Shown here piece after piece: positions 9,001 to 18,900 of a stretch of DNA of 55,946 nucleotides (position 1 is the stretch's first letter; each line of letters begins with the position of its first letter). The notes under the pieces were generated by a model. That model was not told the DNA's origin. It searched no databases and worked only from the letters and a program-made list of their open reading frames with translations. Where the stretch lies: contig JAZDDZ010000003.1 of NCBI GenBank assembly GCA_043809245.1, forward strand, positions 1 to 55,946. The letters run 5' to 3'. The position numbers and the translations under genes were made by a program. The stretch comes from Candidatus Iainarchaeum sp. (GTDB taxonomy: Archaea; Iainarchaeota; Iainarchaeia; Iainarchaeales; JAZDDZ01).

Positions 9001-11356
9001 AACGCTTGTATGGAAAGGCGATCCCGACACAATCAAGCTAAGCGACCTAGTGAAATTAAACGCATGGAAGGAAAACCTCGCGAAAGCGGAGCAGATTGTT
9101 TCGGGAAGCGGAAGCCCGAGTGCCAAAGGGTTCAAGGACTGGATTAGCAGCAATGAAGAATTAGTAAGCATTACTGCTTATGCAGTTGGATGCGGCGCAA
9201 CATCAATAATGCTCGGGATATGGAAAGGCGGCGTGGGCGGATTTGTTGATGCAGCGCTTAACTGCGGCCTGCCCGCGGCATGGGCATATATGGGCTTAAC
9301 TGAGGGTGGAAAGAAAATGCAGGACTGGGTTAAAAGCACGCTTGGCGGGTTATGGGATACTATAAAATCTACTGCAGGTGCTATTGGCTCTGTGCTGGGA
9401 ATAAAGAAAGACAATCGCACATTCAATGACCTTATAGAGGGGGAGATTGCAGGCGTTAGCACCTACGCGTTAAAGCACGGAATACAGGAAAGTGCAGGAG
9501 TTGTCGGCGAGCTTACAGCGCGCTCGGCAGCGGAACAGGTCGCGCACAACATTGCCGATCAGGTTATGAGCCAGAATATTCAAGGCTGGACTGCAAGCCT
9601 ATACACGCCAAAATATATTGCCCCGGACCTAAGAAACACATTTCAGAACGCGCTGGAGAAAAAAATAGTTGATAAGCTCAGGCCAAGCTTTGGCTCAGGC
9701 AAAAAAATCAGCGACGTGCTGACACAAGACCTAGTTAATTCCGCGTTAAGTGAAGTCGGAACTGATGAAAAGCTCGCAGGGCTGCTTCTAAACTCGCAAA
9801 ACCTGACCACCGACGGCAAGGATACGCTAAAGAAGTTAAGGACCGCAACAATAAAGGAAACAATCAATTCAGAAGAACTTTCAAAAGCAGTTTCACAGGA
9901 TTTAACGTTCCAGGATATGAGGATACGACAGACACCTCTTTCAGCAAAAGAAACCGAAAAGATTCTTGAAAATTTTGCAAAAACAAAATCAGACTCAATT
10001 GCAAATGAGATAGCAGAAAAGATTAAGCTTAAAACCCCTGAAGTTGATAAAACAAAAATTAAAGATAAAGTATTTGAATTCTTAGAGAAAAGACTTAAGA
10101 GTCGAGCCAACGTAGAATTAGAACTAAAAGTGCCGCAGCAGCTGCAGGGCCAAATCCCTGCAAGGTTCAACATAAACAAAATGCCAACAGACCCTGCTGA
10201 ATTGAAAGCATTTAATGACGCATTGGATAGGATTGCCAAGATTTCTGGAGGATCAGCTGCAAAAGAGATAGATATAACGATAAAGGTCCCACAAAGCGTT
10301 ACCGAAAGCCTTGCTAAAGGGGTAATAGATGATAGTTCAATAGCGCTTGCAGATGATTTGGGTAAAAGCCTGAAATCAGCGGTTTCAGAAAAATTCTTCG
10401 CAAAGGCAGGGGCAGAAGCAAATGAACAGATACTTAGGGAAGGCAAATATATGCTCAAGTGGACCAACTTGAAGTCAGTGCTCAGGACTCCATTCAAGCT
10501 AAGTTTCTGGACAGAAATGGGGAAAGGCCTTTTCAAGGGCGCAATAGCTAATTTGGCAGGGGATGCCTTGGCAGGGCTTGTCAAGTATGGAATAGAAAAA
10601 TGGATTGCCCCGCCTGAAGAGCTGCAGAAACAGCTTGAATCAATGGCAGGCGATCTATCCGATGACGACGGAGACGGTTTGGTTGATGAGGAAATATGCG
10701 ACGGCATAACAAACGACAAGGACGACAGGGTTGACGAGGACTGTTATAAGTCTGTTACTGACATGGAGCTGTTAAAGCACAACACTTACAGTATTGAATT
10801 GAAGAAAGACGAATTCGGAATGAAAACTTACACAATGGAAAAGGTTTCAAACTTAGACACGATTCCCTCGGATGCGGAAAGGATAGAGGAGTGCTCTGGA
10901 GCTGCACTCGAGCAGACAATTGAAGGTTATTTGTTCACGCTTATGCCTGACGCGGATTTGCTTGAGAAAAGCGAAGAGCAATATGCAATTGCATACTACA
11001 AGTACTTCGGCAAATACTTTGCGTCAGCGCAGAAAAGGCACAATGTTCCGGAGGCATTATTGGTGACAACCGCAATCAATGCAACTGGAATGAAGCCCGG
11101 AACAAATTATCTTATGGGCTGCGATGTCGGCAATGCTGAAAGAGCCGAAGCAGAGCAAAACATTGAGTGCGCTGCAGAGGCTTTGGGAAATGCATGGAAT
11201 GCGTGCTCTTCACAGCAGGGCGATGCGCAGGTGAAATGCGCATTACAGGGATACGGCAAGGCGCCGAACAAGCTGAACAACGCTGACTACGACGCGATGG
11301 TAAGCACTTACAATAAATGGGATTCGTTTAAAGTGAAAGGCGCTGAAGCAAGCTGA
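3023..11356 (+). CDS. Giant surface protein A (2777 aa): N-terminal anchor, carboxypeptidase-regulatory/Cna-B-like Ig repeats, internal hydrophobic segment, acidic metal-binding motif, degenerate lysozyme/SLT-like C-terminal domain
   Basis: Long intact ORF with a TM near aa 45-68 and repeated V-x-D...G-x-x-V...T...G...KxGY beta-sandwich units. Paralogous motifs are shared with the genes at 12908, 21183 and 29091. Confidence 0.9.
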   Translation: MGLSEIVGGVYAKIEGTFYAVMDSLELKGIPVYNVIEPLEKRGIPAFPVFIAALVLIIALIFGLFVIGTTTDVSLSLRLVDDAGKGLSGVSVSAVGPDGKAFALPKPLYSDGATISLAGIPIGAEITLTGEKEGYESGTGTVQFKGGKTATASISLKKHVNAIIGTLKLVDSDSRASVDDARVSVLFEGGQEVNCPFRDENKFYACAGVNDGETYQVKVSSSNYEDKTIAHSFVNGSVAEITMVPKSPGQFSAANLIVRIRDAETNELVPGAKIELFDAQDNTVISSVTDDDGEYIEQEISTGTTLRLVVSKDGYVKYDSGAKGTSRTIRGEEEIWDVQLIRGGKAVLVSVVDKDSTFPKQNAKVMLFNSNAELIDSNVTGFSGTVEFAGLDPNETYAVTAYADRYLPARQEFTTAATTEIQLVLEALTAQNSASFSATVVDFSSFAVNDATLNFFELLGGRKLPLGLPSQKTDLSGRYLGVAKKGINLLVEASKGPATGDDNKMIGDELNDLLIQLQRPEGIVWLTLVDALGNPVTDGRVLIESGSGAELFDGNASADGIFFDAQGNKFAKLTYTSPDGKVFTEEINLEGEGEITVTIQEGEVPGLSPKVSFIGVFNIQGEQVQGLTKGNDYYLKFETVWPKGDFMRGLHVRIGKDSVKYADSEDAGITGFSATGVSGFFYGRTYSPFPEPGYESVDYSNSGEAGEYNKWLELYFGQSAETRIVKVKVKAKETAEASDVELHYRAWAQIGGSYYRSPEDQTILLSAYSAEKSGLYAETTIARLKIFASEAKCKNDLCTSFKFIKADGSEFLPEEFKAVQGELYALEIELNPLKSVEATVKASTSKTNPKIAFQGYGVESFAEFPDNNKTDTSIEITSLAVEESESLKARIYFKALALENTFITAQIVTAEDAITQNLYFNIYLEKNLEVKIRPETVELGKDFSITVADEQGNGVNNAQLKLYAPSGELSQTIIGDGRKGSGESGVYDITNSFDPGTVKLELKAEGFKPLSREISVTKGGVLQLPQEIRILIPKADKSALKSIELVNTSDELIQDVTVELQKKANFPQEMLVNPLPPAMIERNSTLDMEIDAEYTGKKESAHAEATMIVRGRVLGKYSVSAETKLILDYNPALDSGCLEFSKGALSALILDEQSSSQEISFTAKNNCELDLVLKPEVVASGTKDDNIKVDVGEIRLGAAGSEGSTQEVIVSVVNLINRNMPQKKTVKYDLFFKSDSLTKSVPLEVMVWNRLFALEMTRNIELWIADTGTGQAAAAQLPLFIRNSGEADVENISFSVSAAYSAGTTQVTVVSPNSTTTDIPLLKKGETVVPPRFVFAKALQTEKSTIADVSQIEVRGTINGKQYDFGPITVTTHISSPKCVLVTPTNIEFISAKTSFGQLSQGIRVKNNCTEEVRVADINPKVFGSNVLMLLPFGATVSPGRELPLQLVLTKREDWQAQQPLYLNLFLVRSNQWLVSQPIQMNLQLGEKGIGDKKASYQEELPVCSDNGSKEKKLVSFPRIATGAGCSDAYCDAEQLAEFLSDKIDAKVKDAKNTVGRYNGEILNTPCDKESIYGGFCSFDQLGVKTETFFVYFMNDNLSADMMESVLDKKSSLGSYRVDFIGSGSNIANAGSLLGGYGGQILFTAPFQGCGRYTVKINGAVKVQGNALIPDIMNVLVEVTGDETGAREITEQCENKIQNVNNFLPIDKSYSSANSNDSWLAMVSADEESLQPLGQTVAKSLFGKDDRFSSMASQRTNTLNLILGSEENYLVKLEMEREGGAEPKTINAYIKESVGTETADGTAKIQDAIAKEAATAIAQIKSGQIDGCISADDDYLLIKSTSKVAKIALTGCAQGHLPVVFGEPSCCDFNVSSELKERVSVEALLKDTRQGTGEPWIQTKAGEKTDEVELTLAEDEKSFNAELKLCIEGEQDLQLAQGKKVQLKAKSAADGGRKAEEKEVEMQVCGIHPYSLLEQLNEKAKAFDSAKPKDYYATLVWKGDPDTIKLSDLVKLNAWKENLAKAEQIVSGSGSPSAKGFKDWISSNEELVSITAYAVGCGATSIMLGIWKGGVGGFVDAALNCGLPAAWAYMGLTEGGKKMQDWVKSTLGGLWDTIKSTAGAIGSVLGIKKDNRTFNDLIEGEIAGVSTYALKHGIQESAGVVGELTARSAAEQVAHNIADQVMSQNIQGWTASLYTPKYIAPDLRNTFQNALEKKIVDKLRPSFGSGKKISDVLTQDLVNSALSEVGTDEKLAGLLLNSQNLTTDGKDTLKKLRTATIKETINSEELSKAVSQDLTFQDMRIRQTPLSAKETEKILENFAKTKSDSIANEIAEKIKLKTPEVDKTKIKDKVFEFLEKRLKSRANVELELKVPQQLQGQIPARFNINKMPTDPAELKAFNDALDRIAKISGGSAAKEIDITIKVPQSVTESLAKGVIDDSSIALADDLGKSLKSAVSEKFFAKAGAEANEQILREGKYMLKWTNLKSVLRTPFKLSFWTEMGKGLFKGAIANLAGDALAGLVKYGIEKWIAPPEELQKQLESMAGDLSDDDGDGLVDEEICDGITNDKDDRVDEDCYKSVTDMELLKHNTYSIELKKDEFGMKTYTMEKVSNLDTIPSDAERIEECSGAALEQTIEGYLFTLMPDADLLEKSEEQYAIAYYKYFGKYFASAQKRHNVPEALLVTTAINATGMKPGTNYLMGCDVGNAERAEAEQNIECAAEALGNAWNACSSQQGDAQVKCALQGYGKAPNKLNNADYDAMVSTYNKWDSFKVKGAEAS

Positions 11357-11372
11357 ATGTAGGTGAATTTGG

Positions 11373-11504
11373 ATGGCTAGCCGGATTGTTAAAAGAAAAG
11401 CAAGAGAATTAGAGGAAGACAAAATGATTTGGATGCGGTACGCCCACGAACACGCGGTGAAGAGAGGGTGGAGTGAGGCGCATGAACTTATACGCAAAAA
11501 ATAA
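11373..11504 (+). CDS. Small hypothetical protein (43 aa), below the ORF-track cutoff
   Basis: AGGTGA Shine-Dalgarno-like site at 11361-11366, ATG 11373, MASRIVKRKARELEEDKMIWMRYAHEHAVKRGWSEAHELIRKK*. Confidence 0.4.
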   Translation: MASRIVKRKARELEEDKMIWMRYAHEHAVKRGWSEAHELIRKK

Positions 11505-11584
11505 AGGAATTGTACGAAATCAAAGATTAGGCAGACTGCGTTAACTATATTAATTTCCTTTCCCTTTAATTTAGCGTGCTGAAA

Positions 11585-12784
11585 ATGAACCGCAAGGGTT
11601 TCACGCTTTTCACTGCGCTTGTCTCATTCGTGCTGATTGTTTTGGCCGCAATACTTGTGCAGGCAATGGTTGCATCAGAGGGAAACACTGTTGACATACT
11701 TGCGGATGTGTCCGAGCAGCAGGAAATGCAGGCAATAGCAGACCTTGCGAGGGCTGATGCGCTGCACCTTTTCAATTTTGGAATGCGTTACTCGATAGAG
11801 GAATGGCTCACGGATGACAAGGAGCCAAAGGATGATGTGCCGGACAACTCATATCTCTTGGACCCGGGCAACATGTCCTGGAACGGCATAGTGGATGACT
11901 TTGCTTCAAGCAATTTTGGGGGAAGTGGAAGCGAGAACATAAAGTTCGCGCAAAGGACCGCGATTCATTTGCAAAGCATTCTTTCAACCGCGCCTGATGT
12001 CAGGGGATACCGCGTGGACTTGCTGACTGCGCCGCAGCAGAAAAACAGCAGCCTTGCACTGCAGGAATCACTTACCGATGCAACAATAGCAAGCACTGAT
12101 GCCGGGGACTTTTTCAAGGTCATTCAATGCGACAGCGGGGAATTCCGGAACTGCCAGGGAACCTTTTACGTGAACCTTAACCTCAAATACCTTACTGACG
12201 AGAAGTTCGAGGTTTTCCCGCAGATACAGGTAAGCAAGCCCACAACAATGAGGGCCTTAAGGGAGGCAGTGCTTCCCCGCGAGAATTTCCAAATGTTCGT
12301 GCCATTGCGCGTATTCAAGGCGCTTGCAGGCGGAAGGCAGATGGCCGTGGAAGCAGGAGGAATTAAGGGGCTTTACAGCGGGCCATTCAAGCAAGAGCTG
12401 AACGAAATTGAAAAGCAATTGGACCCTTCGGGAAGCAACTGCAACGAAAACTCGGGCAAGGCAAATGAAATGGGCAACACGCTTAAGGCGAGCGCTGCAG
12501 CGCTAATAGAGGAAAGGGGCGACGAGTTAGCGCAGGCAATTGGCGCGCTTGACTCTGGCTCTGATTTCCACATTGCCGAAGATTTTACAGGGCATGTGCT
12601 GAAAAAAATCAATGTTCTGATTGACAAGCCTGAAAAAGATGAAGGCGGAAAACACCTGTACTGTGTGGAGCTCTCGAGCTTTGAAGCTTACGCGGTTTTC
12701 GTTGAAGAGAACCCGAATTACATGGTGATAGACAAAACCGATGGCCAGATGTACGGCGTGAGGTTCAGGCAAAGCCTTAACTGA
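11585..12784 (+). CDS. Large prepilin-type (class III signal peptide) protein
   Basis: MNRKG/FTLFTALVSFVLIVLAAILVQAM: a GFTL prepilin cleavage motif lacking Glu+5, followed by a soluble domain of about 370 aa with Cys pairs. Confidence 0.75.
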   Translation: MNRKGFTLFTALVSFVLIVLAAILVQAMVASEGNTVDILADVSEQQEMQAIADLARADALHLFNFGMRYSIEEWLTDDKEPKDDVPDNSYLLDPGNMSWNGIVDDFASSNFGGSGSENIKFAQRTAIHLQSILSTAPDVRGYRVDLLTAPQQKNSSLALQESLTDATIASTDAGDFFKVIQCDSGEFRNCQGTFYVNLNLKYLTDEKFEVFPQIQVSKPTTMRALREAVLPRENFQMFVPLRVFKALAGGRQMAVEAGGIKGLYSGPFKQELNEIEKQLDPSGSNCNENSGKANEMGNTLKASAAALIEERGDELAQAIGALDSGSDFHIAEDFTGHVLKKINVLIDKPEKDEGGKHLYCVELSSFEAYAVFVEENPNYMVIDKTDGQMYGVRFRQSLN

Positions 12785-12907
12785 ATGCCTGAAAAAAGAC
12801 GGGCAAACGTTAATATATAAGAAATTAATAATAATTAGGGCAGTCCAGGCAAAAGAAAGGTTAATATTAATTAATCCGCTTGGATTATTAAGTGAGCAAG
12901 TGGTTTG

Positions 12908-15900
12908 ATGGCAAACGGGCAAAGCGGAATTTATTCTTCCCTGGAGGAAAAGTTTTACGGTTTCCTTGACGCGCTTGACGCGAAAGGAATTCCCGTTTAC
13001 AAAATAGTTGACCCGCTTGAAAAAGCAGGGGTTCCCGCATTCCCATTGTTCATTATCCTCGCTCTGCTTGTAATTGCCGCACTTGCTTATCTCACAATAT
13101 TTGTTTTCAACATTGTTCCATTGAACGGCTCGCTGACAGTCAGCGTAATTGACTCTGATGGAGCCTTGCAAGGCGCAACTGTTACAATAAAGCCGGAAGG
13201 CGCCGCTGCATTGGACCCGAAAACAACCGATGCAGAGGGAAAAGCGGTTTTCAGCGTTCCAATGGGAAAAGAGCTTTCAATCACGGCAAAAAAAACAGAT
13301 TACCTGGAAGACACAAAGCCTTTGACTTTGAATGAAAGCACTGGCAAAATAACCTTGACGCTTGAAAAAGAAACCCTTTCATTGAAAAAAACCGTGCAGC
13401 TCATGAAGGCTGGAACAACGCAGTTGATTGATGATGACATAACAGTTAATTTTTCATGCAGCTCTAATTCCTCTTACACAAGGTCTTTGAAGTCAAGCTC
13501 GGGTTTAATCCAATTGAATGATGTGCCAAGCGACTGCGGATTGCTTTACGTCAAGCCAAGCGACGGCTACAGCACAGCGGATGACTCGTTCAGCGTTTCA
13601 GAAACAAGCGCACCAGTTTTTGAAATAAGGCTCTCCGGGCAGGGCACTGCAAAGGGAACAGCGCTTGTTGTGATGACAAATGCTGACGGCGCACCGCTTG
13701 TAGGAATAAGCGCTTCATTAAAGGACAGTTCAAGCGGAGTGTCAATTGCAACGAAAACAACTTTGAGCGCGGGAAGCACTTCATTCACTGACGTGCCTGC
13801 TGGAAAATATTATGTCACGTCCTCGGACCCGAGCGGCGAATACGCTGAATACGATTCCTCAGTCGAGGGAATGGTGAAGGAAATTGCCAAGGCAGGGGAC
13901 AGCATTTCTTTTTCAATTAAGCTCACGAAAAAAACCGCGGGCTCGATTAGGCTTTTGGTGAAAGACGCTGCAACACAGCAGCCAGTGCAGAATGCAACAA
14001 TTACCGTGAGCAAGGGAAACACCTCGCTTACGCCGAAGCAGACTGACGCTGACGGAAAAGCAGAATTCAAGGTCAGCGAAAATGTTGAATATGATGTTAG
14101 GGTTGACCATGCAAATTATTTGCTTTACCCATCCGAATCCGATGTGAAAAAATTCAGGCCTTCAAGCGATTACCAGCAAATTCTTTTGACGCAGGCAACA
14201 GCGGAAAACAGCAGGGCTGTAATCGCAACAGTGCTTGACGAAAAGGGAAGGCCGGTTGAGGATGTAAGGCTGCAGCTGAAGCAATTGCCGGAAGGAGTGC
14301 AGGTGGGCGAAGAGCTTCTTACAGGGGCGAACGGCAAGGCGACCTTTTCAAGGGTTGATACAGGCCAGTATTTTGTTTATGCATTCAAGCCAGGCTTCGG
14401 TGAACAGTCATCGACTTCCTTCACGGTTCAGGAGAGAAGCGTTAACGAGCTTCCGCCGATAAGGCTTGCAATAGGCGAGGGTGAAATAGAGCTCAATGTT
14501 TTGGATGAAAAAAACCAGCCGATTGCCGGGGCAAACATAAAGGCAGTGAACCTTTACTCTAGCGGGGCAATTGAAGCAGAGGGAACAACTGCTTCCGATG
14601 GAGTGAAAAAAGTCAAAATAAGGGCAGACAAAGCGGTTTTCTTCCGCGTTAGCGCACAGGGCCTGATGCCTTACACAACTGTTCCGACAATTGCGCCGAA
14701 GGACACAACGCAGAAAATAAGCGTAATGCTGTTAAGGGACATTTCCTCATTTGAGGTAAAGCTTGAAGCCATACTGCTTTCAACCGGGGAAACAGTTCAA
14801 AGCGGCGGAATCTCTCCTACAGACCTTGCGCTTAACCCAGGGCAAAAATACATTGTGCAGTTTAAACTGCTTGTCCCAAAAGGAGCGGCATTCAATGAAG
14901 CGGGAATACACATTAGGACAGGCGCAGATCAAAGCACTTCAATTGAAAAGGACTCATTGTTCATTGCGGATGCGATTGCCGCAACAGGCGCGATAGTGAA
15001 GGGAACAACCTATAACCCTCCAACAGGTTACGCCACTGACGCGCAGCATTTGACAACAGGGAACGCGAAATGGGTTAACCTTGTGATGCAGAATGTTTCC
15101 GAGGGAGTGATTGAGGCCGTTGCGGAAATACAGGTGAAAGAGACAGCGCCAATGGGTTCAAAGGTAGACTTATGGTTCAGGGGCTGGGGGAAGACTGGAA
15201 GCTATGTGAGGTTCCCGCAGGACACCTCGCTTGGAAGCGCTGAATCAACAGGGGAAAAGCAGGCGCTTTACGCGCAGGCAAAAAACCAGCCTTTCACAAT
15301 CGGGCCGAGCAATTTATGCAGCGAAGAATTCTGCGCGACAACAACAATTGAAAACGTAGCGCAAGGCATCCAAACAACAGTCATAGACGAATACCCTGCA
15401 AAGGTCTCGCAGAAATACAAGCTGAGGTTTGCATTGACTAGCCTGAGGGAAAGCGTCATGCCAATGGCTGAATTAAAACTGGCCAACGATTCGGGAAGCA
15501 TTACTTTAGGCGAATACCAGGTGACTGATGTTTCAGGCGGGCTGAGAAAAGGCACAGAGGATTCATCCGAGTTAAGCCTTATGGTTGGCGATGTGAAGAA
15601 AAACGACATAATTGCGGGAATAGTTGAATTCACTGCGAAAAAGGAAGGCGCGGCAATACTTGAGCTTTCACTTGTATCAGACAACGAAAAGGCATTCTCA
15701 AAGGAAATTGTCTTCAATGTAAGCGCTGCCGCGCAAATGAACATGGACTTGCTGCCCAAAGTCATTGTGCCATTCGTTAACAACATAGTGCTTGTAAGGG
15801 CTTCAGCGGAAGACGGAACAGCATTAAGCAATGCATCAATTACAGTGAAGAAGGACAATGATGCCATTGCCTCGGGCCAGACAAACTCAGAGGGCGTTTT

Positions 15901-18900
15901 CCAATTCACGCTTACCTCTCCGAACGCGGGAGTTACAATTAAAATACAGGCTGAAAAAAATGGTTATGCGTCAATAGCGCAGGAAATTGCAGTAAATGAA
16001 AACATTTTGACCACTATTCCAAGCACATTAAGCGAACAGCTCATTGTCGGCGCAGCGCCCGAAAAGCAAACAGGTTTCCTGATGAGAAATGCAACGCAGA
16101 TTCCGTTCGAAATAAGCGACATCAAGGCAAGCGGGTTTGAGGATTACGCGGCAATTTCATTTGATGAAAGCATTATTGGAACTGTACTTGACGTGAACAG
16201 CGATGCAAACACAACGATAAGCATTTCATTGGCTGGAAAATCATTCAGCTTAACGGAGCCCAAAAAAATTGACGGAACAATAAGCATTTTCCTTTCAAAC
16301 AATGCAGCGCAAAAAACATGGGTTGCCTCCATCCCATTGACTGTAAGGATTGGGTTTGGCGGAGAGGTTGATGACGAAACATGCTTCAATTTTTTCCCAG
16401 ACAAATGGGAAATATTCTCGGGCGGGGATAAAAAAACAATTTCCCTGACATTGAACAACCAGTGCACTGTCGGCGGAAACAAAACCCCGCTGAAAAATTT
16501 GAGCGCGAAAATAGTGCAGTCAAACCAGCCAACGCTTGGAAGCTTCAAGGCAGGCTCTGACTTAGATTCAAGCAGGAGTGTTTCCCTGACAACAAAAGCG
16601 CAGCTGATTGCGGAAAACATTCCCTCTGACGCACAGAACACTGTTACACTTGAATTTTTGCCGGATGACATTCAGGGAGGCGCCGCAAAAATAGCCCTGG
16701 AGCTGAGCGCAGTGAATTTAACTGAGCAAGGCAATGAAACGCTTTCACAGAAATTAAATGTAACTGTTAACGTGAACAATCTGATTGAATGCCTGCAGGT
16801 AAACCAGGACCAGCCGCTCATCATTGAGACAAGCCCATTCAACACAGGCTACGGGCAGTACAACAATTATTCCAGCGGCTATAACCCCTTGACAGGAACA
16901 GGCACGCCAAGCTATGTGCAGCCCGCAGCAGCGCCAATTAATGCAGGGCTGACAGGAGGATACGCAAACAATTATGCAGCAGGCATTTACCCATCCAATT
17001 ACACTTATTCAGGAGTACAGCCCACAACTTCTTACAGTGCATTAAGCGGCTCAAGCTATTACCCCTACAATTACCCTTCAACCAACTACAACCAGCCATA
17101 CTATGCAGGCGACCAGTACAATTCCTCTTACAACAATTCTTGGAATTACGGCTCAAAGGGAACAAGCTTTTTCACTTTAAGGAACAACTGCGCAAGCGAA
17201 GTCGAAGTGCAGTTGTCCCCTGACCCCGCGCTGATTGTAACTCAGTCAAGCCTTTCAATTGCGCCATTGGACGAGTCAAGAGTGGATGTCCAATCAGCTT
17301 ACTTTGTCGGAAACTATCCGTTAAAGGTTTCCGCGAGAGTCAAGGGAAGCAGTGAGGCATTCAAGGAAATCGCGACTCTTAACGCAATAGTTCAAAACGA
17401 ATTGATTAACGGTTACAGGGACTGCATCAGCGTTTCGCCTTATCCAACGCTTCAATTCAACAGCTATCTTTCAAAGCCAGTTAAGCTGACCGTGACAAAC
17501 ACCTGCTTTAATTCAGGCGTGAGATTGCTTGAAAGCAATGACACACTGCAATTCCAGGCACTTGGAACGGCTTATCCTGCACAGCCACTGCAGCAGCCTT
17601 TCGGTGCGGGTGCAACGGAACTGATAAGCAATGCGGCTTACAGGAATGCAAGTTATTCAACTGACCCCTCGGGAAAGGTCACTCAGAGGCTTGACTTTGA
17701 CATAGTTAAGAACACGGATTATTACATGAACCAAGCGCCTCCTTTCCCGACAGACGAGCAGAACTTTTTCCAGCAGATTGGAGGGTTAAGGTATTTCACT
17801 ACAAGGGGATATTATGCGGTTAGAGGCAATGCAAATCTCACGGTTAATGCGTTAACAAAGTACGGCTCAAGTGTGCCGGTCACATTTAACATGACTGTTG
17901 AGGACATGTGGGCAGCGCTTCCATACGGAGAACAGGTTGTTTCATACGGTGACTCTACTACAAGCGCAAAGGCATGCATTAAAAGCACGGATTTGCTTGA
18001 CTTGAAAAAAGCATGGGCCGGGGCAAAAGGAAGCTGCATTCCGGCTGGCGCATTTGAAAAAGGGGTTTACGTTTACAGCACAAAAGACGATGGCGGATTG
18101 TTCAATTTCGCGAAAAGAGATGCTACGGGAAAAGAAGTCGGTGGCTGCGGAAGCATGGACAAAATAACGAAATTGATTTACGATGAGGCCGCATTCAGCG
18201 GCAAAGGAGTTTCATTGAAGATAGCAAACAACGGCCACGACATAGAGATAAGGGTCGTAAACACAGGCAGCGCGGTGAACATAGAAAAAGAGCCGGTCGT
18301 AGCGGTTGTAACAAGAGTTTTGGGCGCCAAAACAGCGAAAGTAGTTTTGCCTGTAAGGCTTTGCGTGCAGGGAGAAACCACTCCGCCGATATGCGACAAC
18401 CCGCCGTGCGGAACAACAATTGAAGGAAAAGAATGCGAAGGGCTTCCGGGAACAACCGAGGGCTCAAGCACGCAATTCGAGGCATACGGATTAGACAAGC
18501 TGTTATTCAAATGGGACATCAAAGATTCTACACTGAACAAAAGCACGTGCAACGCTTACCTCACGCAAACTTCATGGAGCAAAGACGCCTCTCCAAACGC
18601 CAAGGCATATTTCTGCGACGCAGCGCAATTCGGGTTAAGCCTGCTGGACAAAGCTGCAGCTTTAAAGACAACAATTAATTCAACAACGCTTAAAACCTGC
18701 AAAGAGGAATCCGAGGGAATTTGCGTGAAAGACTCATTGAACCTTTTCAGGCACTTGCTTGACCAAGTGGAAGTAAGCGATCCAAGCGGCAAATACGTCT
18801 TCTTCAAGGACGAGGAAGGAAAGGAATTGCTTGAAAACGCACCTCTGCTCGCGCAATACAAGGACAAGGAAGGATTGTATAAGGATTTGAAGGCTGCTGT

